Shown here one piece after another: positions 1 through 9,477 of a stretch of 64,000 nt of DNA. The notes under the pieces were generated by a model. The model did no database searches and was not told the DNA's origin. It saw only the letters and a program-made list of their open reading frames with translations. Source of the stretch: an uncultured virus (IMG/VR IMGVR_UViG_3300027984_000004) (lineage: Duplodnaviria > Heunggongvirae > Uroviricota > Caudoviricetes); IMG/VR virus record IMGVR_UViG_3300027984_000004; one strand, given 5' to 3'. The position numbers and the translations under genes are program-made. Numbering within the stretch: the first letter of the stretch is position 1; the number at the start of each line of letters is the position of its first letter.

Positions 1-500
1 ATTTTTTTACGTTTTGTTTTCCCTGAGATATCTATTAATCTTCCATCAACCTGACGATTTGTACCTGTAATAATATCTCCGGCATAATGATTTCTCCTAT
101 CGCAAATAAGATTTGTTATCTTTGGTTTTCCCTTGGATAAAATAAACATATATTCAAATGCCTGAATATATCTTACGCTATGTTGATAAGGACATACCTT
201 GTGCCAAATCATCGTATCATGCAATTTAAAACCCACATCAATAAAATGCAACGCTTGCCGAAAACTCGTACCAGTCTCAGAACCATCAACCGTGGAATCA
301 CCCACAATCCAAACGACAACCCCACCGGGTTTTAGCGTACGCCATAATTGCCCTGCCACTGCTGAAAAATCAAATTCGGCGTATCCTCCATACGTGCGCA
401 GGTTATCGTATGGTGGGGATGCAATACACATGTCTATTGAGTTATCCGGCAGTTTACTCATGCCGGTTGCGCAGTCCTCATTGTAAATTTCGTTTATCAT
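1..500 (-). CDS. DNA methyltransferase (N4-C/N6-A, beta class), runs off window start
   Basis: Not in ORF track; manual translation from ATG at 500: MINEIYNEDCATGMSKLPDNSIDMCIASPPYDNLRTY...LWRTLKPGGVVVWIVGD, with SPPY catalytic motif. Confidence 0.88.
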   Translation of the reverse strand, partial: MINEIYNEDCATGMSKLPDNSIDMCIASPPYDNLRTYGGYAEFDFSAVAGQLWRTLKPGGVVVWIVGDSTVDGSETGTSFRQALHFIDVGFKLHDTMIWHKVCPYQHSVRYIQAFEYMFILSKGKPKITNLICDRRNHYAGDIITGTNRQVDGRLIDISGKTKRKK

Positions 501-726
501 GTTTTTCATAGAAACGCTTATAGATAATGTCCGGCAATGATTTAATGCCGTCATATACTGCCTGTGATATAACTATTATCAGTGTTATTGGCCATAATAG
601 ATACATAATCAAATCAATTTTATTCACATCGCGCCTTCGTCCGTCGTATTCCTTCATCTCCTGCACGGTTAAGAATACATATACCGCTATTGCTATCGCA
701 AAATATGCCAATAGCGACGATAACAC
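478..726 (-). CDS. small membrane protein, hypothetical
   Basis: 82-aa ORF with two hydrophobic segments. Confidence 0.55.
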   Translation of the reverse strand: MLSSLLAYFAIAIAVYVFLTVQEMKEYDGRRRDVNKIDLIMYLLWPITLIIVISQAVYDGIKSLPDIIYKRFYEKHDKRNLQ

Positions 727-775
727 AATGATTAAGTATAACGTATTATCCCTCCTTTATTTCACACATATACTC

Positions 776-1732
776 TTAAATTAATTTAAGCAAACAATTA
801 CTATCCCTTTTTACAAACATCTCATCTGAATCCAGTATAAGTTTGCTCTTTGTCCCTGAACACATAAATTTATTAAAATCAATATCGTCATACCTGCCCT
901 CTACACCTACACACAAAGGACATTCTGCGCAATTTTGTGGCAAAACCAACTCTAATACAGCGTTATTTTTAATATCCACATTCTCCTTATTTTCTATATC
1001 AAAAAGACTTACAACTTTAATATCTGACAATTCGAATGTTTTCTTTACTTGATCCATTGTAGCCCCCGATGCTGTAAAATTATTGTAAATTAACATATAA
1101 CCGTAAGAATCATTTAATTTTCTACTATTAGCTTTCATTTGCCTTAATATTGCTGGATAATCATCACCTAAATTAGGTTTCATTTCAATAAGTATTCGTT
1201 TTTCACGTTTAAGAAAAGGATATTCAATTAATAGTTCTAAATAAACATCCCAACCGTCCATTTCGAATATACATTTTTTAGTTATAATATGCTTATCATT
1301 ATTCAAACTATTTAATTGTAATTCTATATCGCGCATTAATATAAGTGGATTATCATACTTATAACACATATCCCCAAAATAATAATACCCATCTTCCTCA
1401 AACGAAAAACTATTTAATTCACTTAACATATGATTTAATATTTTTTTTTCATGTTCAATAGTCCAACAATATTTATATATAAAATCATTGCAAAAATTAT
1501 CATTTAAAAATTTAACCTGCATTGAATTATGCTCTGGCGTTTCAGAAGGCTCACCAAAATTATTGATAATTAATTGATATATATCGGATTTCTTATCCCT
1601 CACCCAATCTTGTGTCATTAGCCAATTACAATAAGCAACATCATTTTGCACAACTTCTATTGGCTGTCCTTTATATTTCCCAAAAGACATTATTTTATTC
1701 ATATAAAAATCCCCCTTAAAATGGAATATCAA
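776..1732 (-). CDS. hypothetical protein, N-terminal FGKYKG domain and possible PD-(D/E)XK-like nuclease region
   Basis: MSFGKYKGQPIE...YCNWL at N-terminus; D...IEMKPNLGDDY..ILRQ further on. Confidence 0.5.
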   Translation of the reverse strand: MIFHFKGDFYMNKIMSFGKYKGQPIEVVQNDVAYCNWLMTQDWVRDKKSDIYQLIINNFGEPSETPEHNSMQVKFLNDNFCNDFIYKYCWTIEHEKKILNHMLSELNSFSFEEDGYYYFGDMCYKYDNPLILMRDIELQLNSLNNDKHIITKKCIFEMDGWDVYLELLIEYPFLKREKRILIEMKPNLGDDYPAILRQMKANSRKLNDSYGYMLIYNNFTASGATMDQVKKTFELSDIKVVSLFDIENKENVDIKNNAVLELVLPQNCAECPLCVGVEGRYDDIDFNKFMCSGTKSKLILDSDEMFVKRDSNCLLKLI

Positions 1733-3536
1733 ATTCTATTTTCATTTTATCTGGTTCAATACTACCCTTACCTAATTCCCATCCATAATGTTTCTGTCCA
1801 CTTCTAACAGTTGAAATACGCTTTGTTCTTTCACTAAAAAACAATTCTATAGCTTTATCCCCTTGTGCCAATTTACCTAACAATCTGTTTTTTGTTATAT
1901 GAAGCTTTGAATCGCAATTTCTATTTTCATCTTCTATACGTTCATATACCATAACTGTATCTACCCTATTAGTAATATCAGCACTTCCGCTTACATCATC
2001 ATTTTCAAAATTTTCACCTTTAGCTATTTTTTTTGTATGAGCAACCAAAACTATAACAACATTCCAACGCATAGCAATAACTTTTAATTTTTTTACAAAT
2101 ACTGATTGAGCCATATAATATTTATCACCAGGAGCGGAATCCATTGCTGTCATTAAATTATCCAGACAAACAAACTTAACCCCATATCGTTGAATAGTCA
2201 TTTCAATTGCAATTAAAAGACTTTCCATTTCGTCATCATCAATTATTTCATTGTCATATAAATATAATTTTTCATCATACCATGATGAAATTCTTTTTGC
2301 TATATCATGCTTAACTGAATATCTGACCACACCTAACTCATCTAATCGCTCAGAAACATAACTATTGCCAGCCGCTTGCAAATCCAACCAGTATCTAAAT
2401 GCCAAATCTTTCAACTCACCAGAATAAGCAAAACATGTGTACCCCTGATCCACTGCTTCGACTAACATTTGCGATAACCATGTTGATTTACCCTTACCGC
2501 GCTTACCAGTTAACAAAATTAACTGTCCTAAATACATCCCCCCAATAACCATATCAATCTCAGGTAAACCAGTAAATATCTTTTTCATAGACGTAAGATC
2601 TATTGGTTCAACTTCTGACAATTTTTTGACATGCCTAACTGGAATTATTTTAGCATTGTTAACCGCTGTCCTTAATGCATCCTTGCCATATTTACGCAAT
2701 ATATCATTTGCGTCTTTTTCACCTAAGTAATCCTCAAATCTCACAGCTTTAACTAACATTGGCATACGTTTTTGAAGCGTATCCAGCAAAGACATTTTGC
2801 CATCCTCTAAATCTCCGAATACAATCATCTCTTTGAATTTGGAAATCCAGTCCCATACATGCTCAATCCAGGTAAATCCATTGGCCCCATTTGGGACACT
2901 TACAGCATTAGGGATACCAGATTCAATCAAAGACAATGTGTCGATTTGTCCTTCTGTTATGATAATGCGGTTATCCCCAACACATTTATCCATACCAAAT
3001 AATATAGGTTTAGCGTTCTTTTCACACCACTCTTTACTTGTTCCCTTAGTTATATTCCCAATATTTCTATATTTAATAAATACCAGTTTACCCTTATCAT
3101 CCCTAAATGGAAATACCAGAACATTACGGTTGTCTTTTTTTGTTGTTATTTGATACATTTCTGTTATTTTCCGGTTTATTCCTCTTCCTTCCAAATAATG
3201 AATGGCTTGCTCAGTAGATATTATATCCTTGCGTTGCGGTAATGATTTATATATAACAGATTCATTATTGCCAAAATTTAATTTATAATTAAAGTCTCTT
3301 GCGAGTTCAACAAAATGACCTTGATGATTACATGTACTATAAAAACAACTAAATGTTCCCTTATTTAGATTCACACTAAATGTATTTTTTCGTCCGGAAT
3401 TGCCACCCTTACAATAAGGGCATATTTCAAAATTTAATTCCAAACCTCCTTCGGTTTCTTTTTCAGTAGTTTTAGCATTTAAAAAACGGGCAAAGTCTTT
3501 TACATCCTGCTGATTAAAGATATAAGCCATAAACAC
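1716..3536 (-). CDS. bifunctional DNA primase-helicase (T7 gp4/Twinkle-like)
   Basis: Zn finger CPYC...C..C, TOPRIM ITEGQID and KDAND, Walker A GKRGKGKS, LDNL, LVAH, SGSADI motifs. Confidence 0.92.
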   Translation of the reverse strand: MFMAYIFNQQDVKDFARFLNAKTTEKETEGGLELNFEICPYCKGGNSGRKNTFSVNLNKGTFSCFYSTCNHQGHFVELARDFNYKLNFGNNESVIYKSLPQRKDIISTEQAIHYLEGRGINRKITEMYQITTKKDNRNVLVFPFRDDKGKLVFIKYRNIGNITKGTSKEWCEKNAKPILFGMDKCVGDNRIIITEGQIDTLSLIESGIPNAVSVPNGANGFTWIEHVWDWISKFKEMIVFGDLEDGKMSLLDTLQKRMPMLVKAVRFEDYLGEKDANDILRKYGKDALRTAVNNAKIIPVRHVKKLSEVEPIDLTSMKKIFTGLPEIDMVIGGMYLGQLILLTGKRGKGKSTWLSQMLVEAVDQGYTCFAYSGELKDLAFRYWLDLQAAGNSYVSERLDELGVVRYSVKHDIAKRISSWYDEKLYLYDNEIIDDDEMESLLIAIEMTIQRYGVKFVCLDNLMTAMDSAPGDKYYMAQSVFVKKLKVIAMRWNVVIVLVAHTKKIAKGENFENDDVSGSADITNRVDTVMVYERIEDENRNCDSKLHITKNRLLGKLAQGDKAIELFFSERTKRISTVRSGQKHYGWELGKGSIEPDKMKIEFDIPF

Positions 3537-3539
3537 TCC

Positions 3540-4358
3540 TCATTGATTTCTTAGCATTTCTCTCAGCCTTAATTCTTCCTGTGACAATACATTCTTGTTC
3601 GATACATTATCATCATCCAGATAATCCAAATAACCAGAATTAAAAAACGTACTTCCGTTTTTATAATGACACCATTCCGGCTTGCTGGATACGTACCTAT
3701 CAATACAAGCTTTGACTTTATCGTACCCCAGCTTAAACAGCTCCCGTTTGGATTTTTTAGAAACAGCCGCTTTCCCCTTTTTATCTGGATAAAGTTTCCA
3801 AATGGATTCAAAAAAACTTTCAGCGTCCGCGTCAGCGGATGCATAATTGTTTTTTTCTTTACTATACTGATCTATACTGATCTGTGTTTCCAAAGTGGAT
3901 CCACTCTGGATCCACTTTGGATCCATTTCTGCATTTTTATGTTCGATCTGTTTTTGAGCCGTATTTACGCCATTTGTAATATTCTTCAACTCACTATATA
4001 GCATACCTTGCGTAGGGTCTAATGTATAAGACTTGTTTTTTTTTATATATATGCAGGATCTTTCTTCTGTATATACAGATGCATTATACCTATCTTTTTG
4101 TATCTGGTTATTCATATTCCAATGCTTAATAACGCATACCCCACTTTCAAATGGTATAATAAAATGTTTCATTAACAATAATTTAAAGTCATCCTCACTG
4201 GCTCCAACAAACCGCATAATACGCTTAGGGCTACCCAAAAAACCATCGTCATCTGCCTCCATGCCTAAATGAAAATATAAACAACGCGCTGACATTGGCA
4301 TGTCTAAAAAAGCATCACTATTTGTTATTGCTTTGGAAAACATTCTTCTTTCCGCCAT
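3540..4358 (-). CDS. phage replication initiator (replisome organiser)
   Basis: MAERRMFSK..SDAFLDMP.SARCLYFHLGMEADDDGF N-terminus; C-terminal FE.IWKLYP.K.GK...STFFN. Confidence 0.85.
   Translation of the reverse strand: MAERRMFSKAITNSDAFLDMPMSARCLYFHLGMEADDDGFLGSPKRIMRFVGASEDDFKLLLMKHFIIPFESGVCVIKHWNMNNQIQKDRYNASVYTEERSCIYIKKNKSYTLDPTQGMLYSELKNITNGVNTAQKQIEHKNAEMDPKWIQSGSTLETQISIDQYSKEKNNYASADADAESFFESIWKLYPDKKGKAAVSKKSKRELFKLGYDKVKACIDRYVSSKPEWCHYKNGSTFFNSGYLDYLDDDNVSNKNVLSQEELRLREMLRNQ
3862..3925. repeat. probable replication-origin iterons inside initiator gene
   Basis: Three TGGATCCA palindromes at 3896, 3907 and 3918 (11-bp period) plus tandem CTATACTGAT x2. Confidence 0.6.
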
Positions 4359-4516
4359 TCCAAACGTGCTCCTTTTGTCTTTAATCTTTCAATTTCAGAT
4401 TCTGGAATGTCCCATATCTTACCTATCTGGATTCCTTTAATATACTCCATTTTTATCCAACGTCTAACAGTCATATCACTTCTTTTTAGCGCCGCCGCCG
4501 CTTCGGTAATAGTCAT
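4325..4516 (-). CDS. helix-turn-helix (excisionase-like) DNA-binding protein
   Basis: TITEAAAALKRSDMTVRRWIK...IKG.QIGKIWDIP. Confidence 0.8.
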   Translation of the reverse strand: MTITEAAAALKRSDMTVRRWIKMEYIKGIQIGKIWDIPESEIERLKTKGARLEWRKEECFPKQ

Positions 4517-4623
4517 TTAATCACCTCATTTTATTTATCATTCCTATATATTATATGACAACATATAAGTATATGCAACCATTCAACCATTAGAATTACA
4601 TTAGAAAAAGCCGCCCCGGCGGC

Positions 4624-5304
4624 TTAGTATTTAAATTCTGGATATTCCTGTTTCCATATATCGATATGGTAAGTATTAACGTTTCCATAATTAGCGTCAA
4701 ATATCTTTTTAACATCATACGCCAGATAATTGCTAGTATTCTTTAATCGTTTCCAACTTATAGACTTCCAGCTTATGCCGTTCAAATGAGCCACACGCTT
4801 CACGCTATACCATTCTTTTGATTCATCAAGTTCTGTTTTTAAGATTTCCTTTTCGGTTTGCAGGACAAAATTGTCCTGCTTCAACTGTTTTATTCGCTCA
4901 TCTCGTAATGCTAATGTTTTTTGAGCTATAGTTAATGCTTGCGCCATTAATTCTTCATCTGTCATTTCTTCCTTAATTGGAATATACCCGCCAGTTTTAC
5001 GGATTTGTGGGATAACTTCGGATGTAATCCATTTACGAAATATCTTTGCTTGTGGTTTATCAGAGCGAATAGTCACGTCATATAAACCGGATTCACTAAT
5101 AATAATCGCATTTTGTTTCCCGCCAAGGGTATCAATCTGGCTTACATCCTTTTGATCGTCATCTAATCTATCTGCTGTCATCTTTGGATTACTTAACCCC
5201 AATATATTACACACATCTTTTAGTACAAACCAAGGTTCGCCATCTCTTTTAATAATTCGTATTTCTTCTGTATCGAAATTAAAAGCCCGCAATTCATTTC
5301 CCAT
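4624..5304 (-). CDS. BRO-N domain antirepressor
   Basis: EPWFVLKDVCNILGL...ISESGLY...SDKPQAK.FRKWITSEVIPQIRKTGGY. Confidence 0.9.
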   Translation of the reverse strand: MGNELRAFNFDTEEIRIIKRDGEPWFVLKDVCNILGLSNPKMTADRLDDDQKDVSQIDTLGGKQNAIIISESGLYDVTIRSDKPQAKIFRKWITSEVIPQIRKTGGYIPIKEEMTDEELMAQALTIAQKTLALRDERIKQLKQDNFVLQTEKEILKTELDESKEWYSVKRVAHLNGISWKSISWKRLKNTSNYLAYDVKKIFDANYGNVNTYHIDIWKQEYPEFKY

Positions 5305-5665
5305 TGCTATCCTCCTTATTCTTTTTTCTGTCTATATCAGCCTTGACTAAATCATTTAAATACTGGTTAACGCTGATCCGCGTCTTGTATGCTTCATCCC
5401 GTATATGGTGTTCATATTTGGTCTCGAACCTTGCTGGAACCTCTAACTTTATTGCATGGTCAATTCGCTCAATAGAATTATTGTTCGTTGTTACATATTT
5501 TTGTGTAAGTGTCTGATAATCGCTGTTTTCCGTAAACCCATATTTAATCATTTGTGCAAACCAATCAGTATATTGCATTTTAGATTCTAAAAAATCATGA
5601 AGTATGCGTCCAGATATAATCTGTTCGCCTTTTTCATTTTCATTAATTGGTATTAATTCATTCAT
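5294..5665 (-). CDS. AntA/AntB-like antirepressor N-domain fused to a ribbon-helix-helix-like C-terminus
   Basis: SGRILHDFLE...YTDWF..MIKYGFTENSDY; likely start MNELIP at 5665 after GGAGG. Confidence 0.7.
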   Translation of the reverse strand: MNELIPINENEKGEQIISGRILHDFLESKMQYTDWFAQMIKYGFTENSDYQTLTQKYVTTNNNSIERIDHAIKLEVPARFETKYEHHIRDEAYKTRISVNQYLNDLVKADIDRKKNKEDSNGK

Positions 5666-5822
5666 CCTTGTTATCCTCCTTATTTTGCTTACTGGCAATG
5701 TCTTTACCTACGGCATAATTGATATACTGGTTGATGCTCATGTGCAAGTCGTATGCACGTTCTTTAATTGCTTGCTGGTATTCCGATTCAAATCGAACGC
5801 TAACAAGATAATATGTTTTCAT
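5658..5822 (-). CDS. small ribbon-helix-helix-like regulator (54 aa)
   Basis: Manual: MKTYYLVSVRFESEYQQAIKERAYDLHMSINQYINYAV, RBS GGAGGTGA. Confidence 0.6.
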   Translation of the reverse strand: MKTYYLVSVRFESEYQQAIKERAYDLHMSINQYINYAVGKDIASKQNKEDNKDE

Positions 5823-6040
5823 GCGTTCACCTCCTATATTAATATTATATGCTTAATTGATACTAAATGATACTATGTAATATTATAATTACATTAGAAA
5901 AAGCGGCTTGCGCCGCTTAACTCCAATATTTTTTATACAGAAAAATCATAAGAGCTGTAAGGATTAAAATCCCGGCTACCCAAGCTAATCCGATCTTATG
6001 CGCCGTCTGAATTGCTATCTGGTACTGTTCTGTGGTCATG

Positions 6041-6256
6041 TTATTCACTCCTTTCCGTGCAACCGTCGGATGTCATATACTCGACGGCTTCTTTTAGCGT
6101 GTTAAAATGTTTTGAGCTGTGGCTTGCTATCGCCCAGTATGCCGGGCTTTTATCAGGATTGTGTAGGATTCCGCAACTATGACGGTCTTTTTTCTTACTT
6201 TCGTTCGTCCAGTATTGTTTGACCTCCGTATAACCGTTCTGAATTTTATTTGCCAT
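6041..6256 (-). CDS. hypothetical protein
   Basis: 71-aa ORF with GGGAGG RBS. Confidence 0.55.
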   Translation of the reverse strand: MANKIQNGYTEVKQYWTNESKKKDRHSCGILHNPDKSPAYWAIASHSSKHFNTLKEAVEYMTSDGCTERSE

Positions 6257-6474
6257 TATTTACCCTCCCCTAACCATTGTTTAACCCATGCTATAAAATC
6301 TTTACTGGATGAGTATATAACCGATGTACCCCTGTAGACTACGATATATTTGTGGGCATTAACTCGGTTAACAAAGTATCCTTTGTCGAACGCTCGTTTT
6401 GTTGCGGCTTTGACTGTCATGTCTTTATCTCCCCATTCATTTATCTATTTATATCATATGCTAATTATAGCAAT

Positions 6475-6497
6475 GTGATACATGGAATACATTAGAA
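6475..6497 (-). promoter_or_regulatory. conserved 23-bp phage promoter motif, copy 1
   Basis: GTGATACATGGAATACATTAGAA on +; on - it is followed 14 nt later by CATATGAT, then RBS and ATG. Confidence 0.75.
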
Positions 6498-6691
6498 TGA
6501 GATTAATATTAGGTTAAGGATTTTTTATGCGTATGACACATGTTTTTTAGTCCATTGGACGTTTATATTACCCATGCTCACAGAATGCAACAGCGTGAAT
6601 GCTGGCGCGTCATATGGCATTAAAATAAGCGGCTTGTGGGCCGCTGTTTAATTATGTGCTTGATATTTCAATACATCACCTAATGTTTTCA

Positions 6692-7006
6692 TTACCGAGG
6701 TATCCTTGGGGATTTTATTAAATCACGAATGATATAAACATATCCATCATCGTAATCATCATTAGTATTGTCAAAAAAATACCCATCTTCATTCGCCAAA
6801 ATCTGCAATTTATAATATGTCTTACGGCCTAACGGCCTATCGGTTATGAAATATTTATTTATTACTTTTTCCGCGCATAATGCTAGTGGAAAATGTTTTA
6901 CATCTTTTCTTGAATATGCCCATTGCCGTATTTCTTCTCCTGTGGCATTCATGCCGTTACGGCATAATTGAATAAATTCATCTTGATATTCTGCATAATT
7001 TTTCAT
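6692..7006 (-). CDS. hypothetical protein
   Basis: 104-aa ORF, AGGAGG RBS. Confidence 0.6.
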   Translation of the reverse strand: MKNYAEYQDEFIQLCRNGMNATGEEIRQWAYSRKDVKHFPLALCAEKVINKYFITDRPLGRKTYYKLQILANEDGYFFDNTNDDYDDGYVYIIRDLIKSPRIPR

Positions 7007-7076
7007 TGATAAATCCTCCTTATATTTGCCCCGCCGAATGGCGGGGTCTGTCGGTCAAACTTTTTTAGACGTTTTG

Positions 7077-7340
7077 TTATTGTTCCAGTCTGGTCAATGC
7101 TGATTGCGCTAATTTATAATCTTTATGGAATACTCCTACGCTGTAAGCTAAACTGTTAAGTGCCCAATAGTCAGCTCCGGTTATATCAATCTTGCGGGAT
7201 TCCCACGCCTTGCTCATAATATGGGCGGCGGTGTCGTAACATGATTTCGCGCTGGTATTCATAACACCTTCGTTATAATGTTCCTTGGCGATATCCATAA
7301 CGGATGCGATAATATTGCAGTTGTTAAGTGTATTTTTCAT
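7077..7340 (-). CDS. hypothetical protein
   Basis: 87-aa ORF, GGGAGG RBS. Confidence 0.6.
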   Translation of the reverse strand: MKNTLNNCNIIASVMDIAKEHYNEGVMNTSAKSCYDTAAHIMSKAWESRKIDITGADYWALNSLAYSVGVFHKDYKLAQSALTRLEQ

Positions 7341-7351
7341 AATGAACCTCC

Positions 7352-7549
7352 CTAATTTTCAATATTCATACGCGTAAAACCGCGTTTTAACATCTCTTTA
7401 TCCATAGCGGATTCGGTTTTGTACTTACGCAAATCTCCTCCTTGCTTACCCACAAAAATCAACCAATCGCCGTTATCATTTTTTGTTGCTACACGAGTTC
7501 CTAATACCCAATCGTGTATCTTGTAAACAATACGTTCTTTTTTGTCCAT
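7352..7549 (-). CDS. hypothetical protein
   Basis: 65-aa ORF, GGGAGG RBS. Confidence 0.55.
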   Translation of the reverse strand: MDKKERIVYKIHDWVLGTRVATKNDNGDWLIFVGKQGGDLRKYKTESAMDKEMLKRGFTRMNIEN

Positions 7550-7684
7550 TTCATGACCTCCCTCACCCGCCCCCTTAATTTCAGGCTGTCGGCGTATGTA
7601 CGGTCGTGGCGACGTTTCCCCAGCCTTTCGGCCTTGACGCGCTCGCGTTTGTATCTATTGTTATTATATGCTTATTATATCATT

Positions 7685-7707
7685 GTGATACATGGAATAC
7701 ATTAGAA
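7685..7707 (-). promoter_or_regulatory. conserved 23-bp phage promoter motif, copy 2
   Basis: Exact motif; CATATAAT 14 nt downstream on -. Confidence 0.75.
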
Positions 7708-7858
7708 ATAGATTAAAGATTATTAAATTCACATTAAAAATAGTGTCAATTATGCAGTTAAAATCATTCATTGGACATTTACCTTACCCATATGCCTATG
7801 TGCGCTAAAACACCCCTTCAAATGCATTACAGGGGCACAATAAAAGCGCCGTCAGGCG

Positions 7859-8107
7859 CTAACTATATTCATCCAATATAAACTCGCTTAATTCGCGCCC
7901 CATATCCATAGGGATGCCTTTATCATTCAATGTATAAATCCATATGCATTTTTTGGCCGGATTAGTTCTTGATATTTGTTGTCTAGCTTGCCAACTTTCG
8001 GCAGAACCTTTCCGCATATCTGTGGGTATATCTTTAAGATAATGATTATCAAATCCCATGTATGATAATATTTGTCTCATGGATTTATTGTCGATCATCC
8101 TTTTCAC
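7859..8107 (-). CDS. hypothetical protein
   Basis: 82-aa ORF overlapping upstream HTH gene. Confidence 0.5.
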   Translation of the reverse strand: MKRMIDNKSMRQILSYMGFDNHYLKDIPTDMRKGSAESWQARQQISRTNPAKKCIWIYTLNDKGIPMDMGRELSEFILDEYS

Positions 8108-8573
8108 CCCTCAACAAATAAGAATCGGTCACATCAAACATATCTGCCAGTATAGGAATGAACTGTGCACGGATAGGATGATCGCCGCGCTCATATTCAG
8201 CATATGCTGGACGGCAAACTCCAATAGCGTCGGCGCATTCCTGTTGAGTTTTACATGCTTTTATTCGCGAATAATACAAACGTTTAGCTATTCCTGAGCG
8301 TGGTAATGCTGGAGGTTTGATATATACATCCCTATCTGCTAAATCCTCCATGCCCACACTGAAAAAATCAGCCAAACGTTCAACCGTCTGAACAGTTGCA
8401 CGGCCGCCTCCCTCCCAGCGCTTAATGTGCCGAATATAAGCACATTCGTAAAAGCAATCAATCGCAAGTTGATATTGGGTTAATCCAGCTTTTTCACGTT
8501 CACGTTTTAACCCCGGCAGTAAATATAAGTTTTTCACATATAACACCTCATAGATATTATATGATAAAAACAT
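8085..8573 (-). CDS. XRE-family regulator with two HTH domains
   Basis: LKREREKAGLTQYQLA...RLADFFSV and RIKACKTQQECADAIGV.R..YAEYERG. Confidence 0.85.
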   Translation of the reverse strand: MFLSYNIYEVLYVKNLYLLPGLKREREKAGLTQYQLAIDCFYECAYIRHIKRWEGGGRATVQTVERLADFFSVGMEDLADRDVYIKPPALPRSGIAKRLYYSRIKACKTQQECADAIGVCRPAYAEYERGDHPIRAQFIPILADMFDVTDSYLLRGEKDDRQ

Positions 8574-8674
8574 AACAAACGTTACTATAGTTTACATGCA
8601 TATGGCATTTTTTAACGTCTAAAATACCTGCGTGGGCATTTACCTTACCCATGTATCCATCGTTTAAAATTCGG

Positions 8675-9010
8675 CTATTCCTGTGCATTGTGGGCACGGT
8701 TTAATGCGCATTTCTGCACTGGATATATCCACACCAGATCCCGTAAAATGTTTTCCTTCATTTCGATTGAAAATACGTCCGTATATTCTTGTGCAAAAAT
8801 GTAATATGCGAGACTATCAATTCTTCTCTCGGTAACATTCTCTATCTCGTCAATGCAAGCCAGATAATCACTTATCTGGCTATCGTCATAGTCAATTAAT
8901 AAATCAATATCGCTATCTTGTGTCTGTCCTCCACGCGCATATGAACCAAAAACCCCTAGCTTAATGATGCTAGGGTGTTTTTGAGCTGTTTCAACGATTC
9001 TTTCAAGCAT
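8675..9010 (-). CDS. MNT (minimal nucleotidyltransferase) antitoxin
   Basis: FGSYARGGQTQDSDIDLL = GS-X10-DxD motif. Confidence 0.88.
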   Translation of the reverse strand: MLERIVETAQKHPSIIKLGVFGSYARGGQTQDSDIDLLIDYDDSQISDYLACIDEIENVTERRIDSLAYYIFAQEYTDVFSIEMKENILRDLVWIYPVQKCALNRAHNAQE

Positions 9011-9318
9011 TTGGTCATGTCCTCCCTAATCAATGACTGGCATACATTAAATGTTATCTTAAAATCAACGCCCATATAATTATGACTATTAATATTCCTG
9101 ACACGGCGCATATCGGGCAACTGTACTGGTGCGTCGCTCTGTAGGTTCTTGTCGCATTCACAGATATTTGTTATTATCTGCGTGACTGCATATTTTTCGC
9201 ACATGGAATCCCTTAATGATTCCCATGTGTCTATGCCGCTCATGATTGTTTTCAAATCGGCGATATATTTTTGAATCTGCCGGATGTTCTGTATATCTGT
9301 GTGGATTGATTGCTTCAT
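8956..9318 (-). CDS. HEPN (DUF86-like) RNase toxin
   Basis: RNINSHNY = R-X4-H-X-Y motif; overlaps MNT gene. Confidence 0.82.
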   Translation of the reverse strand: MKQSIHTDIQNIRQIQKYIADLKTIMSGIDTWESLRDSMCEKYAVTQIITNICECDKNLQSDAPVQLPDMRRVRNINSHNYMGVDFKITFNVCQSLIREDMTKCLKESLKQLKNTLASLS

Positions 9319-9374
9319 TGATGATTGCCTCCCGTTTTTTTCTATCTAATACATCATATGAATATAATACTATA

Positions 9375-9397
9375 GTGATACATGGAATACATTAGAA
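9375..9397 (-). promoter_or_regulatory. conserved 23-bp phage promoter motif, copy 3 (upstream of HEPN-MNT)
   Basis: Exact motif; CATATGAT 14 nt downstream on -. Confidence 0.75.
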
Positions 9398-9477
9398 TAT
9401 TATTAGAATTACTAAACATTTTTTTTTTTTATGAATATTATAAATTATAACACTAACAACACATAAGGAGACTAATC

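Noticed and set aside
199..486. Plus-strand 95-aa ORF
   Set aside because: Shadow of the minus-strand methyltransferase at 1-500.
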